From: Basidiobolus meristosporus CBS 931.73
Lineage: Eukaryota > Fungi > Basidiobolomycota
DNA length: 64,000 nucleotides
Assembly: GCA_002104905.1 (NCBI GenBank)
Contig: MCFE01000423.1
Coordinates: forward strand, 13,700 to 77,699
Reading direction: 5' to 3'
The position numbers were made by a program, and so were the translations under genes. Positions within the stretch are counted from its first letter, which is position 1; each line of letters opens with the position of its first letter. Shown here in pieces: positions 49,092 through 62,611 of this stretch. The notes beneath the pieces are model-generated. The model saw nothing but the letters and a program-made list of their open reading frames with translations, ran no database searches and had not been told where the DNA came from.

Positions 49092-52000
49092 TACCCATCT
49101 AATTTACTCCTAAAAGCTGCTCAAGATACACCCACACCAAAGGATATAAATGCAATGTTGGGATTCCTTAGATTGACTGGCTACTATTGCTGCATTGTCA
49201 AAAACTTTGTGATGATAGCAGCCCCCCTATACATATTGACACAAAAAGGCCAGTGTTTTGTGTCATTGGAGCCTCAAATTAATGCATTTGATCAGCTGAT
49301 ACATTCCTTGATGTCACTACCAGCGTTACATTTTCCCATTTGAGATATGAGATTTTGTACTAACTGTGGTGGAAGTCTCACTGATACAGGCACCATACTG
49401 GGACAATACCACCAGCCTGGCAAATTCCACCCAATTGGCTATGTGAGTCATTTGTTAAGCAAATACAATTGTCACTACCTGTCACCAAGATAGCATATCT
49501 GGCTGTTGTTTATTCAATTAAACAACTCTATGCATACATACAGGGTCAGTAATTCATGATAGTAGCAGACCACAGATCACTGGTCTGGCTGATGAAAACT
49601 AAACACCTTTACCAGTTGACTAGCACATTGGGCCCTCTGACTACAAGAATACAACTTCAAAATAACTCATTGCACTGGAAAGAAACACCAGGATGCAGAC
49701 TTCCTCAGTTGCTATCCTGTTTGCCAAGTACACATCAGCAATGACTGCAAGGATGTAATCTGCTTCAAAAGAAGGGGGAAGTACCCTAAACATGTTGCTA
49801 CAAACAAGCTGAGCAGAGACTTTTGAAGAAAATGGTGTCAGTTAAAAGTACCAGAATATCAATTATGGTTCCTCCAAGGACAGTTCAGAGCTGAGGTACC
49901 ACTGGTAACAGCCTGCAAAGAAATCACACAAGAAAGACATATGTCATTAGGACATGCTAACCCCCTAACAACAAATAAGATGTTAAGAAAGATGTTTATT
50001 GGAAAAAATTGATGACTGACATCACATATACATTACAAAGATGCTCCACCTGCAAAAGATTTAACTGGAGACAGAAGATAGGAACAACTGCACCAGTACT
50101 GGTTGACCTACCCTTCCACCAGGTAGGAATTGACTTTTTTGGCCCCTTTATGAAAGCAAAGAAAGGAGAACAATACACAACAATTGCTACCATCATTTCT
50201 CAAAGTAGGTAGAAGCCCAAGCTGTCCAAAATAAAGATCAGAAGACAACCACACAATTCTTTCCAGAACAACTGATCTACCAGCACAGACATCCTCTGAT
50301 ACTCATGACTAACAATGATGGTTCCTTCCTGAGTAGAATCATGGCCCATATGTGCAAAATGATGACCATGAAATAGATAGTTACAGCTGCATATCATCCC
50401 CAGACTAATAGATCAGCCAAGAGGATGAACCAGATGTGTTGCTGCACACTAGAGATGCTTCATTGGGAACTTTGACAGTCATGAGCCAAGCTGTTCTCAC
50501 TGACACTCCTAGCAATGTGCACAATACCAAAGTTCTGTATGGACAAAGGCAGCAGTAGCATGAAGAAGCTGGATTGATGCTGGAAGGTGTCCCCTTGACA
50601 ACACATAAGAACTATGTAGAAAGATTGATACACCCTATTGCCCACCTATATATAAAAGTATTTGAAGATGTCAACAATTCCCTTCCCCCTCCATCCAAAA
50701 ATGAGAAACTAACAGAACAAAAGTGCAAACCAGGTGATAAGGTGTGGTACAACCAAACCGTTGCAGGCCTCAATTTTGCCCACTATTTACACCCTAATGA
50801 ATTGGCCCTTGCACCATTATTAGTTTGGACCACAGACCAAAGTACACCATCACCCTGGGCAAGAAGACAATTAACAATGTAGCGCCAGCCCATCTGTAAC
50901 TGTTTCATGATGAACCACCAATCATCACTAAAACCAAAGTGGGACAAAACAATTATCAGGACAAGGATAGAGGAAGGCATAGGATACATAAAAAGCTTAT
51001 TAGAGGAGATTTTAGTTAATACAGGTTCAAATGATATGTGCAGGGAAGTTTGCCTAAAAGGGAGAACAAAAGAATGCAAATGGAAAGCACCAAAGGTAAC
51101 AGTTCACCTGAAACAGGTGATACCCCTCCCACCAGCAAGAATCAAGATGATATTGAAAACAAGAACAACCTGCAAGTGTTGCAAGATATGTTCCAGGAGT
51201 AATGTGCAACAAGAGCCACCTATGAAGAGTTCCTTGCCAGAGCAGTCACATTGATTCAAGAAACACTCAGAGAGGGACAAGACAAGTTACCCATGCCAAG
51301 ACAAAGTATGGAAATACAACCCAAGAAGACTGTGTACCACCTGAGAGGAGGTTCCTTGATCATTAAGAAGAAGGACACTGCACTGACTCCCATATTCATA
51401 CTGAACACAGTCAGACGGAAGATGCAAGGAATCAGCCATTGCGCCCTCATGAGACCTCAAGAGCCCCTCTTTTTTGTTGCATACATGCCATTACTAGATA
51501 CTAAGGTTGTAGAGGTATACACAGACCTGGTACAAGCCGCAAGAGCACCAGAAGTAGAACTCCCAATTGAAGGGCTCCTCTGAGAAATTTGCCAACATCT
51601 CAAACCACACTTTCAAGAAGGAACCATCCTAAAGATGTTACACATACAGATTAAAAACACTAGCCAGTTGACCCATTCAATCCACCAAGTTGCTGAGTTA
51701 CAACTATTACCATAGTTTACAATAGGACAACTCAGGAACCAGTACAAAGTCCAACTCAAAGAAGCCAAAAAAAACCACAGACTCTGTAGAAACTATGAGC
51801 CAAGTGCAAAAACACCTTGATTGCACCACAGTCTCTATGGAAGAACTTCAATACTTCTTGGAAGAAGCAAAAACTTGCTATTGACAACAGATGACTGCCA
51901 ACTAAATGTATGCCTCTTCAAAAGAGCACCTACCGTCATGTTGAACACAACAAGGACAAGCCCCAACAACATTTGCAAGATAAAGAAGCAAGACTTCATT

Positions 52001-52342
52001 GTGTTATTGCATCTCTTCTTATTCTCCAACCATCTCAAGGAATTTACCCAGAACCCTATGGTTTGCCAATTGTTGGGCTCTGTGGAAAACACCCCTCAAG
52101 CAACACAAGCCACACCTCACTCTGCTACCAAATGATATAAGGTACTTGCCTGTGACCCCCTTACAAGTGACAACCAGCAATGGTACAATGGTGACTCCCC
52201 ATGCTCCATAAACAAAATTGACCCTGGAGAAGCAAGTTACTCAAGGAACTTTGAGGATAAAGCTCCCTCTTAACCCCTGGAATATGTGAGTACTAAATGT
52301 AGTATCCACTCCTTACCTAAGAATTCTCCCCAGAGTCCTGGC

Positions 52343-55300
52343 AGGTACCTCATTGAATTCTCCATCAAAATATAATAGCTTTCCTGAGCTGAGGTCATAT
52401 GAGAAAGGTATTCTTCTGTCATATGGAAAGTGAGTTCTGAGTCTTTTTCAAGTTCATCTCCCATGTTACTATGCTCAAGAGCTTCAATATGGTTGAATGC
52501 TCTTGATGGCTGGTGTCTATGCCTTCTCAGAGGGTGGTACTTGGCAACATGTCCCTGCTGGTGGCAATTAAAGCTAAGTCCTTTCTTCTTACATTCTTCT
52601 GAGGTACAATTCTTCTGCATAGTGTCTTGAATGGAGTAATCAATGTGGTACCTGCCAAAATCAGGATTGACTTGGGAGCATTCCATGAGTACACATCAGA
52701 GCAATTTGCTTTGAAAGCTGGGATCAACTTAGAACCCACCAAACCAACTTCAGTGTCAACAGCTGATGGGAACTCTCACATAATCAGCCATATTACTCAG
52801 CCAGTAAGGATAAAGATCAATGATTATGAAAAAGACCTACAGGCCTTTATATTAGGGAACTGCAAGCTTGACCTTGTACTTGGAAAAGCATGGCTAATTT
52901 GTTGTAATCCATCAATTCACCGAGGAACCCATGCTACTTGGAGCTAGAAGGACAACAAGACCTATGAGCTATTACCTGCCAGATTAGATTTCAACTAGGT
53001 AAATTTCAGTGTGTGTGAAACAAGTTAGCTTAGCAAGACACAGCTCTATAGAGCACTTAGAAAGGTACCCAGATGTTCCTCATGGTGGTATTACAGGAGG
53101 ATTCCTCTACTCCAGCACCCCAAAAGGTCCAGAACAAATATCCAGACATGCTTTCAGGTGGGCTGGTAACCTTTTCACCAGTCAGAGATGTGGACCATCC
53201 CATTGCTACAGGAGATAGCCCTCCAATGAAGAAGACACTTTACAGAATGAGTCCATTGGAGTTGGAAGAAATGAAAAGACAAATAGATCAATTATTGGAG
53301 CAAGGATATATTAGTTCTGGCAAATAAGCTTAGGGAGCACCAGTACTCTTTGTGAAGGAGAAGGATAGAAGAGTTAGGATGTTTATTGACTGCCACACCC
53401 TCAAGTCAGTTACCATGAAGAATATGTACACCATACCTTGGATTGATGAGTTTTTTGACCAACTCAATGGATCTACCGTATTCAGCAAGATTAACCTTAT
53501 GTCAGGATACAACCAGATTAGGGTGGGACCAGATTACATCCCTAAGACAGCATTCAGGACCAGATATAGACATTACAAGCACTTAGTCATGAGTCTTGGC
53601 CTACCAATGCCCTTGCAACATACATGACCTTGATGCAAACAGTCTTCCAGAAAAACTTAGACAAGTTAGTGGTAATTCACCTAGATGACATATTGATGTG
53701 CAGCAAGACAGAAGAGGAACACTTGGTGCACATTGAAAAAGTCTTGAAGAAGGTAAGAGAGAGCAAGCTGTACAGCAAGCTAGCAAAGTGTGCATTCTTG
53801 AAGGAACATGTTGAATACTGGGGACACATTATGGTTAGCACAGGAGTGACCTTGGACCCCAAGAAGGTTGAAGTCATCCAGAATCTGAAGCAGCCCCACA
53901 ACCTATTGGAGCTCAGATCATTCCTTTGCATAATTCCCTATTATTGGTGATTTGTCAAGCCCTTTGCAAGGATTGCAGCCCCTTTAACTGACAAAAGGGA
54001 TGCTCTACATTCTTTACCTGGGATGAGTTTGTGTTGACTATTCAGGATGCCTTTGAGCCTCCACACCAACAGACACTACTAAGAAGAAAGTTCAAGACAC
54101 TCAGACAAACAGGAATGGTCCAAGAGTACATCTATGAGTATAGATGTCTACTTGGGCAAATGGAAAGAATGAAACCTCTGGATCAAGTTAAATACTTTAT
54201 TGATGAGTTGAAAGGAAGAACTTGTGAAGAAGTCAGTTATTGAAGTCCTCAGACTATTGAAGAAGCCATCAAGATTGCCATTGACTATGACTCAGCTATG
54301 TTTGGAGTTGGGAAGCCCACAATGACTAATCAGAGAGGTTACAATCACTATGAAAGAAGACAATCAGAAGCAGTGCCAATGGAAGTAGATGCTATGCAGA
54401 AGAATCCTACCTCAGACAAATGTAAGAAGAAACGGCTTTGCTTCAATTGCCACCAGCAAGGACATATTGCAAAGCACTGCCCTCAGAGTAGAAATGGACA
54501 CCAGCCATCAAGAACCTTTAACTGTATTGAGGCCATGAAGCATTGTAACATAGAGGATGAACTTGAAGAAGACTCAGAACTCACCTTCCACATGACAGCA
54601 GAATACCTATCCCAGATGACCTCAAACTCAAGAAAGTAGTTATACTTGAATGGAGTAATCAATGGAGTACCATCCAAGACCATGATTCACTTAGGAGCAT
54701 TGCATGAGTACATGTTAGAGCAATTTGCTCTGAAAGCTGGAATCAACTTAGAACCCACTGAATCAACTTCAGTCTCAACAGCTGATGGGAACTCTCACAT
54801 AATCAACCATATTACTCAGCCAGTCCAGGTGAAGATCAATGACTATGAAGAAGATCTGCAGGCCTATATATTTGGGAACTGCAAGTTTGACCTTGTACTT
54901 GGGAAAACCTGGCTATTTTGTCGTAATCCATCAATCAACTGGAGAACCCATGCTACTCAGATCCAGAAGAACAACAAGACCTATAAGCTATTACCTGCCA
55001 GACTGGATATTAGCTTGGTCAATTCCAACGTGTATGAGATGAGTGAGCTTAGCAAGACACAGCTCTGTAGAGCACTAAGAAAAGGCACCCAGATGCTCCT
55101 CATGGCAGTGTCACAGGAGGATTCCTTGACTCCAGTACCACAGAAGGTCCAGACTCATTTGAAGGAGTATTTAGACATGTTTCCAGAAGAGCTTGTAAGC
55201 CTACTACCAGTCAGAGATGTGGATCATGCCGTTGAAACAGGAGATAGCCCTCCAGTGAGCAAGACACCTTACAGAATGAGCCCATTGGAGTAGGAAGAGA

Positions 55301-57129
55301 TGAAGAGACAAATAGATCAGTTGCTGCAACAAGGATATATTGGATCCAGCAAGTCACCTTGGGGAGCACCAGTACTTTTTGTGAAGAAGAAGGATGGAAC
55401 ACTTAGGATGTGCATTGATTACCAAGCCCTCAACTCAGTTACCGTCAAGAATAAGTACCCCCTATCTTGCATTGATGAGCTCTTGGACCAACTCAATGGA
55501 GCCACTATTTTCAGCAAGATTGACCTCATGTCAGGATACAACCAGATTAGAATGAAGCCAGAAGACATCCTTAAGACAGCATTCAGGACCAGATATGGAC
55601 ATTACAAGTACTTAGTCATGAGTTTTGGCCTCACCAATGCCCCTGCAACATTTATGACCCTGATGCAGAATGCTTACTTTATAATCTACCTAGATGATAT
55701 ACTGATATACAGCAAGGCAGAAGAGGATCACCTGGTGCACATTGAAAAGGTCTTGAAGAAGCTAAGAGAGGACAGGCTTTATGGCAAGCTACCCAAGTGT
55801 GATTTCTTCAAGGCACACATTGAATATCTGGGACAAACAGTGACTAGCACAGGATTAACCTTAGACCCTAAGAAGGTGGAAGTAATGAAGAATCTGAAGC
55901 AGCCCTATAACATATCAGTGCTCAGATCATTCCTTGGAATGGTTTCCTATTAATGGAGATTTGTCAAGTCTTTTGCAAGTATTGCAGCCCCTTCAACTGA
56001 TATCTTCAAGACAATACCTATAAGTGGGACATAGCATGTGAGACTGCCTTCCAGACGCTCAAGAATGAACTTGCTAAGCTGCCAAGCTTAAGAATTTTAA
56101 GCTTCAGAAAAGAGATCACATGGTGCACAGATGCTTCAGATTATTGGTGGAGTGTTGTGCCAAGAACACAAGAGAAAGGACTACTCTGTTGCCTTTGAAT
56201 CCAAGAAACAGAACTCAGCAGAACAAAACTATCCAGTCCATGAGAAGGAGATGCTTGCTATAATACACTGTTTGAAGACATGGAGATTCTATATTGAGTG
56301 AGTCAAATGCACTGTGAAGACTGATCATGCCTCCCTCAAGGATGTATTTACTTCGAAGGTACTCTCTAGAAGAATGACAAGATGGAGTGAATACATTCAG
56401 CAATTTGACTTGGAGATTGTCTACTGCCCTGGAAAAACAACACAGTTGCTAATGCCTTATCAAGATTAGATCAAGTTGCACAACTCAACTTGGTGCATGA
56501 ATCAGATTGGCCTAGACTATTACCAAAGTACTTGGAGGGCCAAGCCATTCCTAATGAGGTGGATGAAGATATCAAGAAGATAATCTGTGATGAGGCCAGC
56601 AAATTTGTAGTACAGGATGAAACACTCTACCAAATTGTTGCTGGGAGCCATATTGCCTATTGCCCTCATGTTCCTCACCTGGATCTAATACATAAGCTAC
56701 ACAATGGATGTGGACATCTTGGAATTGAAGGAACCTATAGTCTTGTGAAAGCCAGAGCATGGTGGCCCAGAATATGACAAGACATTGAGAAGCTAGTGAA
56801 AACATGCCTATATTGCAAAATCAACCAAGGCCAATCACAGAGATTTGCCAAACTCTTTCCCTTGGAGCCTGTAAGACCATTTGAAAGATGTGGAATTGAC
56901 TTTATTGGAAGCCTGCCAACTACCAGGAAGTACAACCACTGGATCCTAGTAGCAATTGACCATGCTACAAAATGGCCAGTGGCTAAAGCTGTACCTATAG
57001 CCAGTGAGCAAGAAGTTGCAAGTTTCATCCACCATGAGATCCTTATGAAGTTTGGATGCCCTGTAGAGATTCTATCCAATAGAGGTGCAAACTTTATGGC
57101 AAAGACATTGGAAGTTTACCTGGAAATGC
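52343..57129 (+). mobile_element. Stacked degenerate family-X fragments (inverted piece 52343..52620; protease-RT ~52620-53990; gag-to-integrase ~54010-57129)
   Basis: Broken ORFs 52627..52947, 53624..53950, 54646..55293, 55300..55953, 56490..56777 and 56796..57137 are homologous to the intact polyprotein. Confidence 0.85.
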
Positions 57130-60100
57130 TGTTATGATCTGCCGCTTGAATGTTTAAGTTAGATCAGTTTTTAGTCAAATCAGTTAGTATATGTTTAGGT
57201 TATCAGTACATCAGTATTATCTATGAAATCAGTAGCATTAGTCAGCAAATGAATCAGCAGATCCTTATCAGACAGAAATAGATATATTAAGTAGGATCCT
57301 ATTGGGTGATGATGATGCAATCAAATGAGTCATCAGCCACAACCTACATTAGGAAATACAATTAGTCAGCAATTGATCTGGCAAAATGTATATAAGGAGC
57401 TGCTGGAACCTCAATAAAAATCAGTTCAAGTTTTAGTGAATACAATACTAGCTAAACTCCCTATTCCTCTACAACTCTTATACCAAGACTTGTAACATTG
57501 GTAGCAGCAATAACCAGAAACCTCCCTCCTGAAGAAAGAAGAAACCACCCTCAAGATGTCGGACAATCAAGAATGGAAGAATGCCATGCAGCAAATCCTG
57601 GCCCAACAGCAACAGCTACTCCAGATCCTCAGCCAACAGCAACAAGGAATGACTACCATGGCTCAGAACCAGCAAAGCCCTGTCAAGAGCAACTTTAGTG
57701 TGAAGGTCAACCGGTACCATGGCAGAGTCAATGAAAACCTGGGAACTTGGCTCTTTCAGATTGAAGAAGCTTTTAAAGCTAAAGGAATTGCTCCAGAGAG
57801 CAAGTTGCATTATGCAGCTTCTTACCTGGCAGATGCAGCTTTACAGTGGTACCACAACAAGATCAGGTCAGCTACTATGATGGGATGCTCTACAATCTCT
57901 ACCTGGGATGAGTTTGTGTCGGAAATTCAGGATGCTTTTGAACCTCCACACCAGCAGACACTACTAAGAAGGAAGTTAAAGACACTCAGACAGAAAGGAA
58001 TGGTGCAAGAATACATCTATGAGTACAGATGTCTACTTGGACAAATTAAAAGAATGGACCCCTTGGATCAAGTTGAATACTTTATTGATGGGTTGAAAGA
58101 AAGAACTTGCAGGGAAGTCAATTACCGAAGACCTCAGACTATTGAAGAAGCCATCAAGATTGCCATTGACTATGACTCAGCTATGTTTGGAGTTGGGAAG
58201 CCTACAGTGACTAGTCAGAAAGGCTATAATCATTATGAAAGAAGACAATCAGAAGCAGTACCAATGGAAATAGACGCTATGCAGAAGAATCCCTCCTCAG
58301 AAGAATGCAAGAAGAGAGGACTTTGCTTCAATTGCCACCAGCAGGGACATATTGCAAAGTACTGCCCTCAGAGAAGAAATGGACACCAGCCAACAAGAAC
58401 CTTCAACCATATTGAGTCCCATGAACACAATAATGAGGAAGATGAGCTTGAAGAAGACTCGGAACTCACCTTCCATATGACAGAAGAGTACTTGTCCCAA
58501 ATGACTTCAAACTCAGGGAAGTTATTGTACCTGAATGGAGCAATCAATGGAGTACCTGCCAAGATCATGATTGACTCAGGAGCATCGCATGAGTACATGT
58601 CAGAGCAATTTGCTTTGAAAGCTGGAATCAACTCAGAACCTACCAAATCAACTTCAGTCTCCACAGCTGATGGGAACTCCCACATAATCAACCGTATTAC
58701 CCAGCCAGTAAGAATGAAGATCAATGACTATGAAGAAGACCTACAGGCTTATATATTTGGGAACTGCAAGTTTGACCTTGTACTTGGGAAAACCTGGCTA
58801 TTTTGTCGTAATCCATCAATCAACTGGAGAACCCATGCTACTCAGATCCAAAAAGACAACAAGACCTATGAGCTATTACCTGCCAGGCTGGATTTCAACT
58901 TGGTCAATTCCAGTGTGTGTGAGACAAGTGAACTTAGCAAGACCCAGTTCTGTAGAGCACTTAGAAAAGGTACCCAGATGTTCCTCATGGCGATATTACA
59001 GGAGGATTCCTCTATCCCAGCACCCCAGCAGGTCCAGACTCTCTTGAAGAAATATTCAGACGTGTTTCCAGATGAGCTTGTAAGCCTACCACCAGTCAGA
59101 GACGTGGATCATGCCATTGACACAGGAGATAGCCCTCCAGTGAGCAAGACACCTTACAGAATGAGTCCATTGGAATTGGAGGAAATGAAGAAACAAATTG
59201 ATCAGCTATTGGAGCAAGGATACATCAGGCCCAGCAAGTCACCTTGGGGAGCACCAGTGCTTTTTGTGAAAAAGAAGGATGGAACACTTAGGATGTGCAT
59301 TGACTACAGAGCCCTGAACTCAGTTACCGTCAAGAATAAGTACCCCATACCTTGGATTGATGAGCTTTTGGACCAACTTAATGGAGCCACTATTTTCAGC
59401 AAGATCGACCTCATGTCAGGATACAACCAGATTAGGGTGAAACCAGAAGATATCCCTAAGACAGCATTCAGGACCAGATATGGACATTACGAGTACTTAG
59501 TCATGAGTTTTGGCCTCACTAATGCCCCTGCAACATTCATGACGCTGATGCAGACTGTCTTTCAGGAGTACTTAGACAAGTTTGTGATAATCTACCTGGA
59601 TGACATATTGATATACAGCAAGACAGAAAAGGATCACATGGTGCACATTGAAAAGGTCTTGAAGAAACTAAGAGAGAACAAGCTATACGGCAAGCTAGCC
59701 AAGTGTGAATTCTTCAAGGAACACGTAGAATATCTGGGACACATAGTGACTAGCACAGGAGTAACCTTAGACCCCAAGAAGGTGGAAGTAATCAAGAATT
59801 TGAAGCAGCCCCATAGCATATCAGAACTCAGATCCTTCCTTGGAATGGTTTCCTATTATCGGAGATTTGTCAAGTCATTTGCAAGTATTGCAGCCCCTTT
59901 AACTGATATCCTCAAGAAAGACAATACCTACAAGTGGGACATAGCTTGTGAGACTGCCTTCCAGACACTAAAGAATGAACTTGCTAAGCTGCCAAGCTTA
60001 AGAATACCAGACTTCAGAAAAGAGTTCACTCTGTGCACAGATGCTTCAGATTATGCAATTGGTAGAGTGCTGAGCCAAGAACACGAGGGAAAGGACTACC

Positions 60101-62067
60101 CTGTTGCCTTTGAATCCAAGAAACTGAACTCAGCAGAACAAAACTATCCAGTTCATGAGAAGGAGATGCTTGCTATAATACACTGTTTGAAGACATGGAG
60201 ATGCTATATTGAAGGAGTCAAATGCACTGTGAAGACTGATCATGCCTCCCTCAAGTATATATTTACTCAGAAGGTACTCTCTAGAAGAATGACAAGATGG
60301 AGTGAATACATTCAGCAATTTGACCTGGAGATTGTCTACTGTCCTGGAAAAAACAACACGGTTGCTGATGCCTTATCAAGATTAGATCAAGTTGCACAAC
60401 TCAACTTGGTGCATGAATCAGATTGGCCTAGCCTATTACCAAAGTACTTGGAGGACCAAGCCATTCCTAATGAGGTGGATGAAGATATCAAGAAGATAAT
60501 CCGTGATGAGGCCAGCAAATTTGTTGTACAGAATGAAACACTCTACCAAATTGTTGATGGAAGCCCTATTGCCTATTGTCCTTATGTTGCTCGCCTGGAT
60601 TTAATACATAAGCTACACAATGGATATGGACATCTTGGGATTGAAGGAACCTATAGCCTTGTAAAAGCCAGAGCATGGTGGCCCAGAATGAAACAAGACA
60701 TTGAGAAGCTAGTAAAAACATGCCCAAACTGCCAAATCAATCAAGGCCAGCCACAAAGAATTGCCGAACTCTTCCCTTTGGAGCCTGTAAGACCATTTGA
60801 GAGATGGGGAATTGACTTTATTGGAAGACTGCCAACTACCAGGAAATGCAACCGTTGGATCCTAGTAGCAATTGACCATGCCACTAAATGGCCAGTTGCT
60901 AAAGCTGTACCAATAGCCAGTGAACAAGAAGTTGCAAGTTTCATTTACCATGAGATCCTGATGAAGTTTGGATGCCCTGTGGAGATCTTATCCGATAGAG
61001 GTGCAAACTTTATGGCAAAGACATTAGAGGCTTACCTGGAAATGCAGCAGATCAGACACTTGAAAACCTCGGCATATCACCCCAGAACTAATGGAGTCAC
61101 TGAGCGGTTTAATGGATTATTTGGAAAAATGCTGACCAAGTATGCAAATGGAGTTGTCAGTAGATGGGATGAGTATATAGACCAAGCACTCTTTGCATGC
61201 AGAGTCAGAGTACACAACACCACCCAGCAATCACCATTTTACTTAGTTTATGGATGTGAACCAAGGATTCCAGGAGATCTCACACAACCAAAGCTTACAG
61301 ACACCTTAGAAGATGAACTCAGTCAGCCAAGTAGACACCAGCAACTGGAACAAAGACGTCAAGAGGCACAGACCAAAGTATCTCAAAGTGCAGAAAAGAT
61401 GAAGCAGAGATTTGATAAGACTATAGCACCAGAAGCATTGACAGTTGGGAACTTTGTATTGCTAAGAAACAACACTCGGAAGAAGTTTGAGCCACAATGG
61501 ACAGGACCATTCAAGATCATCAGAGAATGTCCATTTGCAACTTACCAACTGGTGGACAAACAAGGCAATATCCGGGAAGACTTAGTGCATAGGGACAGAC
61601 TCAAGCTTGCAAGACTTGCTGATAATACTGAACCATCAAGATATTGGTATCACAAGAAAAGAGATTCAGGAGAACCCTCTCAACTTTAGTAGGGGAGAAT
61701 GTTATGATCTGCCGCTTGAATGTTTAAGTTAGATCAGTTTTTAGTCAAATCAGTTAGTATATGTTTAGGTTATCAGTACATCAGTATTATCTATGAAATC
61801 AGTAGCATTAGTCAGCAAATGAATCAGCAGATCCTTATCAGACAGAAATAGATATATTAAGTAGGATCTTATTGGGTGATGATGATGCAATCAAATGAGT
61901 CATCAGCCACAACCTACATTAGGAAATACAATTAGTCAGCAATTGATCTGGCAAAATGTATATAAGGAGCTGCTGGAACCTCAATAAAAATCAGTTCAAG
62001 TTTTAGTGAATACAATACTAGCTAAACTCCCTATTCCTCTACAACTCTTATACCAAGACTTGTAACA
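57130..62067 (+). mobile_element. Intact Ty3/Gypsy family-X LTR retrotransposon (4938 bp; 368-bp LTRs 57130..57497 and 61700..62067; ATGC TSD)
   Basis: LTRs differ at one position seen (ggatcct vs ggatctt). PBS TGGTAGCAG (tRNA-iMet-like), PPT AGTAGGGGAGAA, 4-bp duplication inside an older copy's integrase. Confidence 0.97.
57556..61689 (+). CDS. Single-frame Gag-Pol polyprotein, 1377 aa
   Basis: Retrotrans_gag region, CCHC knuckle [14 protein letters not shown], protease [18 protein letters not shown], RNase H TDASDYA, integrase HHCC and core (GIDFIG, SDRG, ERFN). Confidence 0.97.
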   Translation: MSDNQEWKNAMQQILAQQQQLLQILSQQQQGMTTMAQNQQSPVKSNFSVKVNRYHGRVNENLGTWLFQIEEAFKAKGIAPESKLHYAASYLADAALQWYHNKIRSATMMGCSTISTWDEFVSEIQDAFEPPHQQTLLRRKLKTLRQKGMVQEYIYEYRCLLGQIKRMDPLDQVEYFIDGLKERTCREVNYRRPQTIEEAIKIAIDYDSAMFGVGKPTVTSQKGYNHYERRQSEAVPMEIDAMQKNPSSEECKKRGLCFNCHQQGHIAKYCPQRRNGHQPTRTFNHIESHEHNNEEDELEEDSELTFHMTEEYLSQMTSNSGKLLYLNGAINGVPAKIMIDSGASHEYMSEQFALKAGINSEPTKSTSVSTADGNSHIINRITQPVRMKINDYEEDLQAYIFGNCKFDLVLGKTWLFCRNPSINWRTHATQIQKDNKTYELLPARLDFNLVNSSVCETSELSKTQFCRALRKGTQMFLMAILQEDSSIPAPQQVQTLLKKYSDVFPDELVSLPPVRDVDHAIDTGDSPPVSKTPYRMSPLELEEMKKQIDQLLEQGYIRPSKSPWGAPVLFVKKKDGTLRMCIDYRALNSVTVKNKYPIPWIDELLDQLNGATIFSKIDLMSGYNQIRVKPEDIPKTAFRTRYGHYEYLVMSFGLTNAPATFMTLMQTVFQEYLDKFVIIYLDDILIYSKTEKDHMVHIEKVLKKLRENKLYGKLAKCEFFKEHVEYLGHIVTSTGVTLDPKKVEVIKNLKQPHSISELRSFLGMVSYYRRFVKSFASIAAPLTDILKKDNTYKWDIACETAFQTLKNELAKLPSLRIPDFRKEFTLCTDASDYAIGRVLSQEHEGKDYPVAFESKKLNSAEQNYPVHEKEMLAIIHCLKTWRCYIEGVKCTVKTDHASLKYIFTQKVLSRRMTRWSEYIQQFDLEIVYCPGKNNTVADALSRLDQVAQLNLVHESDWPSLLPKYLEDQAIPNEVDEDIKKIIRDEASKFVVQNETLYQIVDGSPIAYCPYVARLDLIHKLHNGYGHLGIEGTYSLVKARAWWPRMKQDIEKLVKTCPNCQINQGQPQRIAELFPLEPVRPFERWGIDFIGRLPTTRKCNRWILVAIDHATKWPVAKAVPIASEQEVASFIYHEILMKFGCPVEILSDRGANFMAKTLEAYLEMQQIRHLKTSAYHPRTNGVTERFNGLFGKMLTKYANGVVSRWDEYIDQALFACRVRVHNTTQQSPFYLVYGCEPRIPGDLTQPKLTDTLEDELSQPSRHQQLEQRRQEAQTKVSQSAEKMKQRFDKTIAPEALTVGNFVLLRNNTRKKFEPQWTGPFKIIRECPFATYQLVDKQGNIREDLVHRDRLKLARLADNTEPSRYWYHKKRDSGEPSQL

Positions 62068-62611
62068 ATGCAGCAGGTCAGACACTTGAAAACCTTGGCA
62101 TATTACCCCAGAACTAATGGAGTCACTGCGCGGTTTAATGGATTAACTGGAAAAATGCTTACTAAGTATGCAAATGGAGTTGTCAGTAGATGGGATGAGT
62201 ATATGGACCAAGCACTCTTTGCATGCAGAGTCAGAGTACACAACACCACCCAGCAATCACCATTTTACTTAGTGTATGGATGTGAGCCAAGGATTCCAGG
62301 AGATCTCACACAACCAAAGCTTACAGACACCTTAGAAGATGAACTTAGTTAGCCAAGTAAACACCAGCAACTGGAACAAAGACATCAAGAGGCTCAGACC
62401 AAAGTATCTCAAAGTGCAGAAATGATAAGCAGAGATTTGATAAGACTATAGCACCAGAAGCAATGACAGTTGGGAACTTTGTATTGCTAAGAAACAACAC
62501 TTCAAAGAAGTTTGAGCCGCAATGAACAGGACCATTCAAGATCATCGGTGAATGTCCATTTGCCACTTACCAACTAGTGGAAAAACAAGGCAATATCTGG
62601 GAAGACTTAGT
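62068..62611 (+). pseudogene. Remainder of the older family-X integrase interrupted by the intact element
   Basis: MQQVRHLKTLAYYPRTNG... continues the frame broken at 57129. Confidence 0.88.

Larger units (their letters stand above)
39987..52342 (+). mobile_element. Old, CpG-eroded Gypsy family-A copy (5' LTR 39987..40361; partial 3' LTR from 52285), split by the younger copy at 41342..48112
   Basis: LTR TGTGAGTACT...AATAACCCACA. gag at 40400-41300; RNase H, integrase and ORF3 remnants at 49100-52270 are homologous to the minus-strand copy. Confidence 0.85.

Noticed and set aside
61500-61689. Chromodomain at the end of the family-X integrase
   Set aside because: The protein ends shortly after the GPY/F-like region, with no aromatic-cage chromodomain pattern.
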